From Pseudoalteromonas translucida KMM 520 (GTDB lineage Bacteria; Pseudomonadota; Gammaproteobacteria; Enterobacterales; Alteromonadaceae): 32,000 bases of DNA. The stretch spans positions 725,206 to 757,205 of the forward strand of contig NZ_CP011035.1 in the NCBI RefSeq assembly GCF_001465295.1, in the 5' to 3' direction. A program made the translations under genes and the position numbers. Below the pieces are notes generated by a model. The model worked only from the letters and a program-made list of their open reading frames with translations, was not told the origin of the DNA and made no database searches. This document shows, in pieces, positions 1 to 8,741 of this stretch; position 1 is the first letter of the stretch, and every line of letters begins with the position of its first letter.

Positions 1-1178
1 TTGCCGACCGAGCGCGTATTTATAACACCTCTAGTTTTGCAGTAAATAACGGCACTGGCTTGGCGTTAACTGTGGCAGATAATCCGCTTGATGCGGGCAA
101 TTATTTAACCGATGAATTTATTGACGGCGAACGTATTTTACTCGACTTTAATGAACCCTCAGCCCCCGATGCAGATGACTATATTGCGGGGCAAAAAATA
201 TCAGCGGCGTATGGCTCGTTTGATGTTATTTATGATGACTTACTGCGCTTAAGTGGTGGGGTGCGTTATGAAGAATTTAAACAAACCTCTATCGGCACCT
301 CAAGCTTAATTTTTACTGCGGATGACTTAAATATTTACTATTCCCCAGAAAAAATAGCCGCAGGCAGTATTAATGAAGATGACTTTTTTTCGGCACTATC
401 GCTTACATATTTAGGCGGCGAAAACTACCAAGTACGTTTAGGGTATGGCGAAACAGTAGTGCGCCCCGACTTACGTGAAGTAGTGCCAGTGTCGTATTTT
501 GATCCGCTAACCGACATTCGTACTTTTGGCCGTGTGGGTTTGCAAAGTAGCCCAATTAAAAATTACGATTTACGCTATGAATATTATGGCAACACCGGAG
601 ATTCATTCTCTGTGGCTGCTTTTTATAAAGACATAGATAAACCGATTGAAACTGTATTACGCATTGGCGATGAAGATTACTCAGCCTCATTTGTAAATGG
701 TAAAACTGCGCAGGTATACGGTATAGAAACCGAATGGCTAAAAGATCTTACTTATTTAACCGAAGGGTTATTTACCAGCGGTAACATTACTTTAAGTGAC
801 TCAGAGGCAGATATCGATCCTGCACTTGCGAGTAACTTAACTAACCCGACTAAACGCATGACCGGGCATTCTAAATACGTGGTTAACTTACAGCTAAACT
901 ACGACTCTGTTGATGGCCAGCATAGTAGCTCGTTGGTGTATAATGTATTTGGCGAGCGTATATTGGCCGCCGGAATAGCCGGGCGTGATGATGCTTACGA
1001 GCAGCCTTTTCACTCACTCGATTTAATTTATACTTGGTATCCCGACTTTAACTCCAACGTTAAGTTTAAAGTGGCAAACTTACTTGATGAAGAGCAGCAA
1101 GTTACGCAGTCAGATATTGTAGTACGCTCTAAAGAAGTGGGAATGACCTTTGATGTGAGTTACAGCTACACATTTTAG
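1..1178 (+). CDS. TonB-dependent outer-membrane receptor, C-terminal part (5' end lies upstream of the window)
   Basis: The frame is open from base 3, upstream of the track's internal Met at 60, to the TAG at 1176-1178. The sequence has a beta-barrel-like alternating pattern and ends ...VSYSYTF, with the terminal aromatic residue typical of TonB-dependent receptors. A hairpin plus T-run follows. Confidence 0.75.
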   Translation, partial: ADRARIYNTSSFAVNNGTGLALTVADNPLDAGNYLTDEFIDGERILLDFNEPSAPDADDYIAGQKISAAYGSFDVIYDDLLRLSGGVRYEEFKQTSIGTSSLIFTADDLNIYYSPEKIAAGSINEDDFFSALSLTYLGGENYQVRLGYGETVVRPDLREVVPVSYFDPLTDIRTFGRVGLQSSPIKNYDLRYEYYGNTGDSFSVAAFYKDIDKPIETVLRIGDEDYSASFVNGKTAQVYGIETEWLKDLTYLTEGLFTSGNITLSDSEADIDPALASNLTNPTKRMTGHSKYVVNLQLNYDSVDGQHSSSLVYNVFGERILAAGIAGRDDAYEQPFHSLDLIYTWYPDFNSNVKFKVANLLDEEQQVTQSDIVVRSKEVGMTFDVSYSYTF

Positions 1179-1205
1179 CCACGCTAGCGTAAAGGTAATT
1201 ATTAT

Positions 1206-1240
1206 AGCCCCATGCTTTTGTATGGGGCTTTTGCTTTTTT
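1206..1240 (+). terminator. Rho-independent terminator after the receptor gene
   Basis: Stem AGCCCCAT (1206-1213) pairs with ATGGGGCT (1222-1229) around an 8-nt loop, followed by TTTGCTTTTTT. Confidence 0.7.
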
Positions 1241-1400
1241 ATGGCTTAGTATGAAATATATTTAAGTTGTAACTTATTAACTAGTTTTGTTAAACCACCA
1301 GTGTTAGCTTAAGCTTGATATGAAAATTAAATCTCACGCAATGAATTTTAATTTTTAATCTTTTCAGGCAACTTTTATGAATCAAATAATGGAACTCACA

Positions 1401-2516
1401 ATGAAAAAAGTAGGATTAGTCGGTTGGCGTGGCATGGTTGGCTCTGTGTTATTAGAGCGTATGAAGCAACAAAGTGATTTTGCACTTATCGACACCACCT
1501 TTTTCACCACCTCACAAGCGGGCCAATTAGGCCCAGATATTGCGGGCGAAGCAAAGCCGTTACTCGATGCCAGCAATATTTCCGAACTGGCTAAAATGGA
1601 TATTATTGTTACCTGCCAAGGTGGCGATTACACTAATGCTGTTTATCCACAATTGCGCGAGTCGGGTTGGGATGGTTATTGGATAGATGCAGCATCGGCA
1701 CTGCGTATGGCTAACGACAGCATTATAGTACTCGATCCGGTCAATAAAGACGTTATTGAGCAAGGTTTATCACAAGGTGTTAAAACCTTTGTAGGCGGTA
1801 ACTGTACGGTTTCTCTTATGTTGCTTGCACTGGGCGGTTTATTTGAGCAAGACTTAATAGAATGGGTAAGCCCCATGACCTACCAAGCTGCGTCGGGCGC
1901 GGGTGCGCGCAATATGAAAGAGTTAATTGCACAAATGGGCGCAATTCATCAAAGTGTTGCCGAGCAACTTGCAAATCCAAGCGCTGCTATTTTAGAAATA
2001 GATAAAATAGTCAGTGAAAAAATGGCATCAGATTCACTGCCGCAAGATCAGTTTGGTGTGCCACTCGCGGGAAGTTTAATTCCGTGGATTGATGTGCCTA
2101 TGCCAAGTGGCCAAAGTAAAGAAGAGTGGAAAGCGCAAGTTGAAGCGAATAAAATTTTAGGCTCGGCTAAGCAACCTATTCCAATAGATGGTTTATGTGT
2201 GCGTATTGGTGCTATGCGTTGTCATTCACAAGCAATGACCATTAAATTACGTGAAGATATTAGCGTTGCCAAAATAGAGCAAATTTTAGAATCGCATAAC
2301 GAGTGGGTAAAGGTTATTCCTAATGAGCGCGACATTAGCACTACCGACCTAACCCCAGTTAAAGTCACCGGTACACTGAGTATTCCAATTGGGCGTATTC
2401 GTAAATTAGCCATGGGGCCTAAATATATTAGCGCCTTTACTGTTGGCGATCAGCTGTTATGGGGTGCTGCAGAGCCGCTACGTCGTATGCTTCGCATAAT
2501 TGTTGATAGCGAATAA
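1401..2516 (+). CDS. asd: Aspartate-semialdehyde dehydrogenase
   Basis: From the internal Met at 1401 the protein reads [21 protein letters not shown], versus E. coli Asd [21 protein letters not shown]. It has the GGNCTVS active-site Cys motif and a length of about 371 aa. The track ORF start at 1377 adds 8 unlikely residues. Confidence 0.93.
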   Translation: MKKVGLVGWRGMVGSVLLERMKQQSDFALIDTTFFTTSQAGQLGPDIAGEAKPLLDASNISELAKMDIIVTCQGGDYTNAVYPQLRESGWDGYWIDAASALRMANDSIIVLDPVNKDVIEQGLSQGVKTFVGGNCTVSLMLLALGGLFEQDLIEWVSPMTYQAASGAGARNMKELIAQMGAIHQSVAEQLANPSAAILEIDKIVSEKMASDSLPQDQFGVPLAGSLIPWIDVPMPSGQSKEEWKAQVEANKILGSAKQPIPIDGLCVRIGAMRCHSQAMTIKLREDISVAKIEQILESHNEWVKVIPNERDISTTDLTPVKVTGTLSIPIGRIRKLAMGPKYISAFTVGDQLLWGAAEPLRRMLRIIVDSE

Positions 2517-2560
2517 TAGCAATTTAATGTAACTGCTATAAACGCTTAAATTGTTTTATA

Positions 2561-2597
2561 AAAAAAGGGTTAGCGATTGGCTAACCCTTTTTATTTT
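2561..2597. terminator. Bidirectional terminator between convergent asd and channel genes
   Basis: AAAAAA-GGGTTAGC-gattg-GCTAACCC-TTTTTATTTT: an 8-bp GC-containing stem flanked by an A-run and a T-run. Confidence 0.75.
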
Positions 2598-2654
2598 AAA
2601 TGCTAAATTAATTATTTTTCAATTTAGAATTATTAAGCTGGTGGCTGTAAATAA

Positions 2655-3467
2655 TTAATACTCTTTTTCTTTGAGTAATGACTTTAGATCAGCAATTTGT
2701 GCTTGCAAGGCGTTTACTTGCCCTTGTGTTGCGGGCAGTGAATCGTTATCGGCCAGCTCATCGCGGGCATTTTTATGCTCTTGCGACATTACTTCTAAAA
2801 TGGCGCCAACCATCATATTTAAAAATACAAACGCGGTTAAAAATATAAAGGTTAAGTAGTAAATCCAGCTAAGTTTATAAACCAGCATGGTTTCGTACAT
2901 TACGTCGGTCCAATCTTCAAACGTGGCAATTCTGAACAAGGTCAACATAGATATTGATACATCACCCCACAATACGGGGTTTATATGTGCAAACATCATA
3001 CTGCCTATAGCGGCGTAAATATAAAAAATAACAAACATCAGCAGGGCTATGTAACCCATTTGCGGAATAGCTTTAAGTAAAGCGTTAACTAATAAACGCA
3101 GCTCGGGGACCATAGACACCAGCCGCAATACACGAAATATTCGTAATAAGCGTGCAATTAGCATACTTGAGCCAGCTGCGGGGTATAAGCTACCTAGTAC
3201 AATAAGGGTGTCGAAAATATTCCAACCTTTGGAGAAAAAATCTTTGATGCCTTTACTGGCAATAAAGCGAATTACGAGCTCAATTAAAAAGAACGCCGTA
3301 ATGCCTATATCCATCCAATTAAGGGCAGTTTCTACCGTTGGCGGAAGTGAATAGGTGTGAGCACCTACGGTAAGAGCAGAAACAACAATTACAGCAATAA
3401 CAAATGATTGAAATAGTTTGCTTTTATCTATACGCTGAAACTGCTTTTGCAACTGCGGCAACATCAT
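2655..3467 (-). CDS. Voltage-gated cation channel of the bacterial NaChBac/BacNav family (single 6-TM domain)
   Basis: The S4 segment has Arg at every third residue (ARLLRIFRVLRLV). The pore segment LTLFRIATFEDWTDVMY aligns with NaChBac LTLFQVVTLESWASGVM. The C-terminal heptad/coiled-coil tail (QVNALQAQIADLKSLLKEKE) is typical of BacNav channels. Confidence 0.8.
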   Translation of the reverse strand: MMLPQLQKQFQRIDKSKLFQSFVIAVIVVSALTVGAHTYSLPPTVETALNWMDIGITAFFLIELVIRFIASKGIKDFFSKGWNIFDTLIVLGSLYPAAGSSMLIARLLRIFRVLRLVSMVPELRLLVNALLKAIPQMGYIALLMFVIFYIYAAIGSMMFAHINPVLWGDVSISMLTLFRIATFEDWTDVMYETMLVYKLSWIYYLTFIFLTAFVFLNMMVGAILEVMSQEHKNARDELADNDSLPATQGQVNALQAQIADLKSLLKEKEY

Positions 3468-3544
3468 AATAAGTCCTGTACAAAGTAAGGTTTTTTGAGG
3501 CGCTTAATATACAGTTTTTACCTTCTAAAGTGTAAGGAATTTTA

Positions 3545-3757
3545 ATGATTATCAATAAACTAAACGCGAGTTTACTGTTTGTAACCGGTTTGTGTTTGCT
3601 GGCTGGCTGCAGCTCTGATGCACGTTTTCATGAAATACAGTCTGCTCGTCTTGATGAGTGTAACTACAAAGCAGACAAAGAATATTACGAATGCCTTAAA
3701 CTACAAGAGGCTAATTTTGAAGAGTTTAAAAAGCAACGAGCCGAAAACACTCAGTAA
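3545..3757 (+). CDS. Small lipoprotein, unknown function
   Basis: Signal peptide with lipobox LLAGC|SS. An AGGA sits upstream of the ATG. Confidence 0.55.
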   Translation: MIINKLNASLLFVTGLCLLAGCSSDARFHEIQSARLDECNYKADKEYYECLKLQEANFEEFKKQRAENTQ

Positions 3758-3864
3758 CGCTTATTCAATCACTCTTATTAAATAACGGCTATTAAGCGTT
3801 ATTACTATTTAATTACTATTTAATTTCAAATACTAATAAATTAAGAGGTTATGGCTAACACATT

Positions 3865-4146
3865 ATGACAAAAACTCAAAAACAGCGTGATAAGCAAATA
3901 CGCCAAGTACTTACCATTGCCTGTGAAAATATAAAACAAACCGATTTTGGCTTTGCTTACTTAACACATACCGTTGATTTAAATAACGAAGCTAACACCT
4001 TAAAAGTCCAATGCTATTTTAACGACGATTTAGCATATCAAAAAAGTGAGTTACATTTTGACGCACTTAAAAATGAGATAACGCAACAGCTTGCAACGAT
4101 TGGTTTGGCTATTAAAGCAGCGAATATTTCGTTTTTAGTCGATTAA
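3865..4146 (+). CDS. Hypothetical protein (93 aa)
   Basis: Clean ORF in an otherwise empty interval with GAGG upstream. No family recognised. Confidence 0.4.
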   Translation: MTKTQKQRDKQIRQVLTIACENIKQTDFGFAYLTHTVDLNNEANTLKVQCYFNDDLAYQKSELHFDALKNEITQQLATIGLAIKAANISFLVD

Positions 4147-4215
4147 TCTTTGTTTGGTTGGTTTGTGTATGCTTGGAGGCTATAATTGGCCAAATTATTT
4201 TTTAGAGTATAAATT

Positions 4216-4407
4216 ATGGCTGTTCCTACTCGTTCGCAAATCTCCCCTGGTACAAAAGTAAATATCGTATTAAAAGAAGATCAACGCAGCGGCACATTAA
4301 CACAAGGTGTGGTTGAGCGTTTATTAACAAAGTCACCAAACCATCCTCATGGTATTAAAGTACGTTTAGACGATGGCCAAGTAGGCCGAGTGAAAGAGAT
4401 TTTATAA
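4216..4407 (+). CDS. YwbE-family small protein (DUF2196-like)
   Basis: 63 aa. The segment GTKVNIVLKEDQRSGTLTQGVVERLLTKSPNHPHGIKVRLDDGQVGRVKEIL resembles the conserved YwbE family core. Its stop overlaps the next start (TAATG). Confidence 0.65.
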   Translation: MAVPTRSQISPGTKVNIVLKEDQRSGTLTQGVVERLLTKSPNHPHGIKVRLDDGQVGRVKEIL

Positions 4408-4925
4408 TGAGCACTTTAACAGAACAGGCTTTTTGGGATTTAGTAACCGCTCCTGATTTAGGGCTCGATCCGCAAAATGTGAGTGATAACTTAAAACTTA
4501 AACTGCACGATTTAACCGATCAGCAGTTAATTGAGTTTGATAAGTTCTTTGGTATTTGTATGCGTAAATGCTACACCTGGGATTTATTTGGCGCAGCATT
4601 TGTAATGGCCGGTTGTAACGACGAATATGGTTTTAGTGAGTTTAGATGCTGGTTAATATCGCGCGGTGCAGACGTGTTCGAAAACGCTTTACTCAACCCA
4701 GACTCAATTGCCGCCTGTACGCCTGTGTATCATGTTAACGAGCAGCCTTATCCGTACATAGATGAATACGACTTAATTGCAGGGTTACTTTACGAGGAGC
4801 GTAACGATGACGAACTGCCATTTATTCCCTCAGGAAGCGACGAGCCAAAAGGCAAACGCTTTAAAGACAAAGCTAAGTTTTTAAAACAAAGCTATCCGCT
4901 GTTATTTGCTAAGTACTGGCAGTAA
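4407..4925 (+). CDS. DUF4240-domain protein
   Basis: The FWDLV...LIEFDKFF...WDLFGAAFVMAGCNDEYGFSEFRCWLISRGADVFENAL pattern is characteristic of DUF4240. It is translationally coupled to the YwbE-like gene. Confidence 0.6.
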   Translation: MSTLTEQAFWDLVTAPDLGLDPQNVSDNLKLKLHDLTDQQLIEFDKFFGICMRKCYTWDLFGAAFVMAGCNDEYGFSEFRCWLISRGADVFENALLNPDSIAACTPVYHVNEQPYPYIDEYDLIAGLLYEERNDDELPFIPSGSDEPKGKRFKDKAKFLKQSYPLLFAKYWQ

Positions 4926-5106
4926 TATTTTCACGCCCTAATCGTTTTATTTTTAACTGCATATAAAAACGCTTAGGGTGTGTTGCTCCTTTTTAAAGCA
5001 ACACGACTTCTCTCCTTTTAAAGTAAATCTCTGTTATAGTTATAAAATTAAGCAACCAAGCATTTCGCTATTATTTAACCCACTAATTCGAGGATATAAC
5101 CACTTA

Positions 5107-5568
5107 ATGAAATACTTAACACTTGCTTTATTAGCTATTGCTTTTACCAGCGCTCATGCAGTTGCAACCCCAAGTAATAAAAGCCGGTTTATTCCGCTTT
5201 TAAAAACAAAACTGGGTGCTTATGAAGTGGTGTCGGCTAATTCAGCGTTATGCGTTAATAGCCAATTGAGTTTTGTAAATCCAGATAATGAAGATGCCGG
5301 TTTTACTTTAGGTGAGCAAATTATTTTTGACTCATTACATAACGGAACACAAACGGTTAAAAAACCCGATTTTTGTTTTGTTACTAGCTCATTAAAATAC
5401 AAAAGCGATGGCATTGAAAACGGCTTAAGAATGAGCCGCTGCGAAAACCCAGCTAACGAAAAAACAATTAGCCAAAGCATTTATTTTTTAGCTAACGACA
5501 CACTTAAATATACGTTAAGTCAGCCAAGCGTTGCATGCACATTTAAAAAAGTACCCGACAGTCAATAA
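5107..5568 (+). CDS. Secreted hypothetical protein (Cys-containing, signal peptide)
   Basis: The internal ATG at 5107 gives MKYLTLALLAIAFTSAHA|VATP, a classical Sec signal peptide. The track's GTG start at 4978 adds 43 non-signal residues and is unlikely. Confidence 0.55.
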   Translation: MKYLTLALLAIAFTSAHAVATPSNKSRFIPLLKTKLGAYEVVSANSALCVNSQLSFVNPDNEDAGFTLGEQIIFDSLHNGTQTVKKPDFCFVTSSLKYKSDGIENGLRMSRCENPANEKTISQSIYFLANDTLKYTLSQPSVACTFKKVPDSQ

Positions 5569-5589
5569 CGCATAAGTAAGCTGTACTTA

Positions 5590-6846
5590 CTAACAATATA
5601 TTTTGGGTATATCACGCCAGCGCGTGGTGTACTGCGGGGATAAAAAATTCCTGTTCATATGCCAACCTTCATTTAATTTACTGCTTGCTAAACTAAGCAT
5701 TCCTTTACCGTAGCGTTTATTTATAGCATCAAGACAATTCATTAATACTGGATTGTCGGTGCGTTTATTAAATAAATCGTCTTGTTGAAACTCCTGCGCA
5801 ATAAGCTCTAAAGCACCCACACCACATTTATAAAAGCGAATACCCGGCTGATATATTTGCTCAAACACTTGCGATACCGCATTAGCCATTACGCAGGTGT
5901 CGTTAGTGGGGCTGGCAAATGTATACATATACGACTTTTTATAAAAAACGTTTTCGTGAGACGAACTCGCCGCAAAAATATAAAGTTGTTTGCAAAGCGA
6001 TTTTTGCTTTCTTAATTTACTTGCAACCACAGTAACGTGATTAATTAACGCAGTTTTAAGTGCCGTTGGCTCGTATATACGCTCGCCAAAGCTTCGGGTC
6101 GAAAATACCTCGCGCTTATCTTGGCGTACGTCGTCCCAATTTAAGCAAGGTATGCCATTAAGCTCATTTACAGTGCGCTCTACCACCACACTAAATGCAC
6201 GGCGCATACTGTTAGGGTTTTGCTGCGCTAATTGCCATGCAGTGTGTATGTTCATTACTTTTAATTTTTTGGCTAAACGTTTACCAATACCCCATATATC
6301 TTGGCAACTCATTCTTTGTAAAATAGCTTTACGGCTTGCTTCGCAGTTAATAACAGCAACGCCATTAAATCCGGATAACTTTTTAGCGGCATGGTTTGCC
6401 GCTTTTGCTAAAGTAGCCGTAGGGCCAAAGCCAACACCAACGGGGAGCTTAGTTTCGCGCCATACGGTGCGCCTAATAGTGTGCCCATATGCAAACCAGT
6501 CATTAATAACAGGGGTGTAACCGTTAAAGTGTAAAAATGACTCGTCGATACTGTATACGTGTTGCACGTCGCAAAAACGGCCAATAACGTTCATCATTTT
6601 GTCGCTTAAATCAGCATATAACTCATAATTACTAGAGCGAATTACTACGTTATTTTGCGCAAGTAACTGCTTAACTTTAAAGTAAGGGGCAAATTTAGGA
6701 ATGTTTAAACGCCGAGCAATGGGACACACCGCGCATATGCAACCGTCGTTATTGGTAAGCACTACCACAGGTTTTGAGCGAATAGCCGGGTCGAATACTT
6801 TTTCGGCACTGGCATAAAAGGCCACCGCGTCTACTAGGGCATACAT
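5590..6846 (-). CDS. umuC: Translesion DNA polymerase V catalytic subunit UmuC (Y-family)
   Basis: The N-terminus MYALVDAVAFYASAEKVFDP compares with E. coli UmuC MFALCDVNAFYASCETVF. The SIDESF catalytic motif is present, the length is 418 aa, and the gene lies immediately downstream of and overlapping umuD. Confidence 0.9.
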   Translation of the reverse strand: MYALVDAVAFYASAEKVFDPAIRSKPVVVLTNNDGCICAVCPIARRLNIPKFAPYFKVKQLLAQNNVVIRSSNYELYADLSDKMMNVIGRFCDVQHVYSIDESFLHFNGYTPVINDWFAYGHTIRRTVWRETKLPVGVGFGPTATLAKAANHAAKKLSGFNGVAVINCEASRKAILQRMSCQDIWGIGKRLAKKLKVMNIHTAWQLAQQNPNSMRRAFSVVVERTVNELNGIPCLNWDDVRQDKREVFSTRSFGERIYEPTALKTALINHVTVVASKLRKQKSLCKQLYIFAASSSHENVFYKKSYMYTFASPTNDTCVMANAVSQVFEQIYQPGIRFYKCGVGALELIAQEFQQDDLFNKRTDNPVLMNCLDAINKRYGKGMLSLASSKLNEGWHMNRNFLSPQYTTRWRDIPKIYC

Positions 6847-7247
6847 AGCAGTAACTCAGGGCTTTGGCGATGCAGACGAATTGAGCGTGTAACTACGCCC
6901 TCAAGCTGAAACTCATCGCAGGATGTTAGTTGTACTGGTTTATACAAAGGTGATGCCGAGAGCAGCCGGGCATTGGTTTTATCAAGTAGCTTACACACAA
7001 ATAAGCCATTTAAATTAGCAACTATAACGTCGCCATTTTTAGCCTGTTCAGCGCGGTCTACTATTAGCAAGTCGCCTTCAAAAATACCCACATCTTGCAT
7101 TGAACTGCCAGAGGCAACGCCAATAAAAGTGGCGTCGGGGTGCTTTATTAATAGCTCATCAAGCGACACACCAAGCTCGCTATATGGCGCAGCAGGCGAT
7201 TCAAACCCGCACACACCCGCTTCTATATAAATGGGAATAACAAACAT
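6834..7247 (-). CDS. umuD: UmuD (LexA-like self-cleaving S24 peptidase, Pol V accessory subunit)
   Basis: It has a CGFESPAAPY N-terminal arm, a cleavage-region/S24 fold (ASGSSM with the Ser nucleophile, and a downstream Lys in VCKLL), and a LexA box upstream. The first ATG is at 7247. The track start at 7256 is a TTG. Confidence 0.85.
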   Translation of the reverse strand: MFVIPIYIEAGVCGFESPAAPYSELGVSLDELLIKHPDATFIGVASGSSMQDVGIFEGDLLIVDRAEQAKNGDVIVANLNGLFVCKLLDKTNARLLSASPLYKPVQLTSCDEFQLEGVVTRSIRLHRQSPELLLCMP

Positions 7248-7268
7248 AAAGATCAACCAAAACGCATA

Positions 7269-7288
7269 TACTGTACAAGTATACAGTA
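7269..7288. promoter_or_regulatory. LexA (SOS) box of the umuDC operon
   Basis: TACTGTACAAGTATACAGTA matches CTGT-N8-ACAG and the gammaproteobacterial consensus TACTGTATATATATACAGTA. It is embedded in a longer palindrome (7258-7298). Confidence 0.85.
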
Positions 7289-7314
7289 TATGCGTTTTGT
7301 TTTACTTTTGCCAA
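7285..7314 (-). promoter_or_regulatory. Putative sigma70 promoter of umuDC
   Basis: On the minus strand, TTGGCA (7314-7309) is followed by 18 nt and then TATACT (7290-7285). The -10 element overlaps the LexA box. Confidence 0.5.
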
Positions 7315-7329
7315 GTAATGAATGAAAGA

Positions 7330-7749
7330 TCACTGCATGTTTTTGATCATTGTTTGTGCGGTATTTAAGAAGTCTTTGATTTGCGTCGAGTTTAAATTTT
7401 TACACATTTGCTCGTTAACTTGGCGCTCGGCACTTAGTAATTTGTTAAAAAGCGCAGTGCCAGAGGCAGTAAAAGAAACAATAAAACAGCGTTTATCGTG
7501 CTCACTGGCACATTTGTTGATTAAATTTAATGCTAAAAGCTCCTTAATTAAACGGGCAATTTGTGCTTTGTCGCGTTGAGTTTGGGTAACAATATCGTTA
7601 GCAGTACATTGCGGCGTTGCTGCAATAATATGCAAGCAACGCACATGCATAGCGTTTAAACCAAGGTCGTTTGCATTAATCGCATCACGCGTTGTTACGC
7701 GGTAGCTTTGCATTAGCATAAAGAGTGTATTAGGCAGAGATGATTTCAT
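7330..7749 (-). CDS. MarR-family transcriptional regulator
   Basis: Winged-helix core: LHIIAATPQCTANDIVTQTQRDKAQIARLIKELLALNLINKCASEHDKRCFIVSFTASG. The start is set at the internal ATG at 7749 (MKSSLP..., 139 aa). The track's 183-aa version would overlap the divergent gene and leave no promoter space. Confidence 0.78.
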   Translation of the reverse strand: MKSSLPNTLFMLMQSYRVTTRDAINANDLGLNAMHVRCLHIIAATPQCTANDIVTQTQRDKAQIARLIKELLALNLINKCASEHDKRCFIVSFTASGTALFNKLLSAERQVNEQMCKNLNSTQIKDFLNTAQTMIKNMQ

Positions 7750-7765
7750 AGTAGTTACCAAATAG

Positions 7766-7806
7766 TTGACAATATCAATTAAATTGCTATAGTTGATTTT
7801 ATCAAC
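7766..7806. promoter_or_regulatory. Two pseudo-palindromes in the divergent MarR/SIP promoter region (candidate MarR operators)
   Basis: TTGAcaataTCAA (7766-7778) and GTTGATtttATCAAC (7792-7806) lie between the divergent starts. Confidence 0.4.
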
Positions 7807-7869
7807 CAATGGGGCGTTGTGCAAATGTTGCTGCATGCAATTTAAACTTTTTGTAAAACGAGGTAATAC

Positions 7870-8613
7870 ATGAGTAGACAAATACGCAAAGCACAGGTGC
7901 TAAGTACGAAGCAAATTACACCGCACTTACAACGCATTGTGGTGGGTTCTGATGAATTTAAAGATCTTACGCCAAGTTACATAGGCCACTATGTAAAAGT
8001 GTTACTGCCCCATAACGGTGAACTCGATTTAAACATAAAAACGGCGCTTATGCGCTCCTATACTATTAACCATGTTAATGAGCAAACGGGGGCGCTCACG
8101 CTCGACTTTGTAATTAATATGCACCAAGGTCCTGCTACAAATTGGGCGCAAACAGCAAAAGTGGGAGACAGCTTAGCCATAGCTGGCCCGGGCCCTAAAA
8201 AGCTCGATAATTTTAGCCATTCGCACTACGTACTCCTTGGCGACTTAACCTCAGTTAATGCAGTGAAAGGCTATGCTCAGCAGTTACCGCATAGCGCGAA
8301 AATTGATATGTTTATTCATGCCCCTAGCGAGCAAGACATTATTAGTTTAGATACGCCGCGCACTGTAAATTGGCTAGTTACCAATAGCCCAGATGAAAGC
8401 ATGCTAACGGCATTAAACAATTTAAAAGTAGGCGCACAATCCCCAATTGTTTTTATGGCGCTAGAGGCAGGCTTAGTGCGCAAAGTAAAAACTAAACTTA
8501 ATGAGCTATACGCCATACCACGTACGCATATTGTGGCATCGGGTTATTGGAAAAAAGGATTAAACTCAGAGAGCTATAAACAGCAACGCCAACAAGCGGC
8601 ACAACCCGCTTAA
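7870..8613 (+). CDS. Siderophore-interacting protein / ferric-siderophore reductase family (FAD-binding)
   Basis: It has the RSYTI FAD-binding motif, then GPATNWAQTAKVGDSLAIAGPGPKK, and an LLGDLTSVNAV NAD(P)H-lobe motif. GAGG sits 6 nt upstream of the ATG. Confidence 0.75.
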   Translation: MSRQIRKAQVLSTKQITPHLQRIVVGSDEFKDLTPSYIGHYVKVLLPHNGELDLNIKTALMRSYTINHVNEQTGALTLDFVINMHQGPATNWAQTAKVGDSLAIAGPGPKKLDNFSHSHYVLLGDLTSVNAVKGYAQQLPHSAKIDMFIHAPSEQDIISLDTPRTVNWLVTNSPDESMLTALNNLKVGAQSPIVFMALEAGLVRKVKTKLNELYAIPRTHIVASGYWKKGLNSESYKQQRQQAAQPA

Positions 8614-8741
8614 ATATACTCAGGTTATTTAGCGTTTAGCACCTTTAGTATCTTGAATTACAGGTAACGCACACCCATCTCTAGTTTTTATGCTTGTGGT
8701 TATAGCACACCATAAGCATACCATTTATAGGAGCTGCTATT

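Noticed and set aside
1266-1276. E. coli-type Ter core GTTGTAACTTA (10/11 to GTTGTAACTAA) between the receptor gene and asd, and a weaker GCTGTAACTTA at 29006-29016 (with CTGTAAYT variants at 28817-28824 on the minus strand and 28849-28856).
   Set aside because: These sites lack the G6 and R8 positions required for the Tus lock. My rough expectation for an 11-mer with one mismatch or fewer in 64 kb of AT-rich sequence is about 1. They are also far less conserved among themselves than the triplicated 17-mer next to tus. They are kept only as an alternative to test in a Tus binding assay.
1382-1876. Minus-strand ORFs of 64-67 aa inside asd. Similar antisense or off-frame ORFs lie at 2222-2413, 2671-2859, 5220-5480, 6152-6520, 6973-7230, 7322-7579, 8316-8516, 9191-9667, 10262-10537, 12287-12499, 13475-13672, 14736-14918, 17792-17998, 18709-19098, 21652-22128, 24890-25368, 27001-27306 and 30954-31205.
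   Set aside because: All lie fully within much longer ORFs that have clear family signatures. Their translations are low-complexity or Cys/Ser/Ile-rich, and they have no RBS. They are typical shadow ORFs.
4977-5001. Hairpin GTGTTGCT-ccttttta-AGCAACAC after the DUF4240 gene, as a possible terminator.
   Set aside because: The stem is short and no T-run follows, so it is left unannotated. It also overlaps the spurious GTG-start extension of the next ORF.
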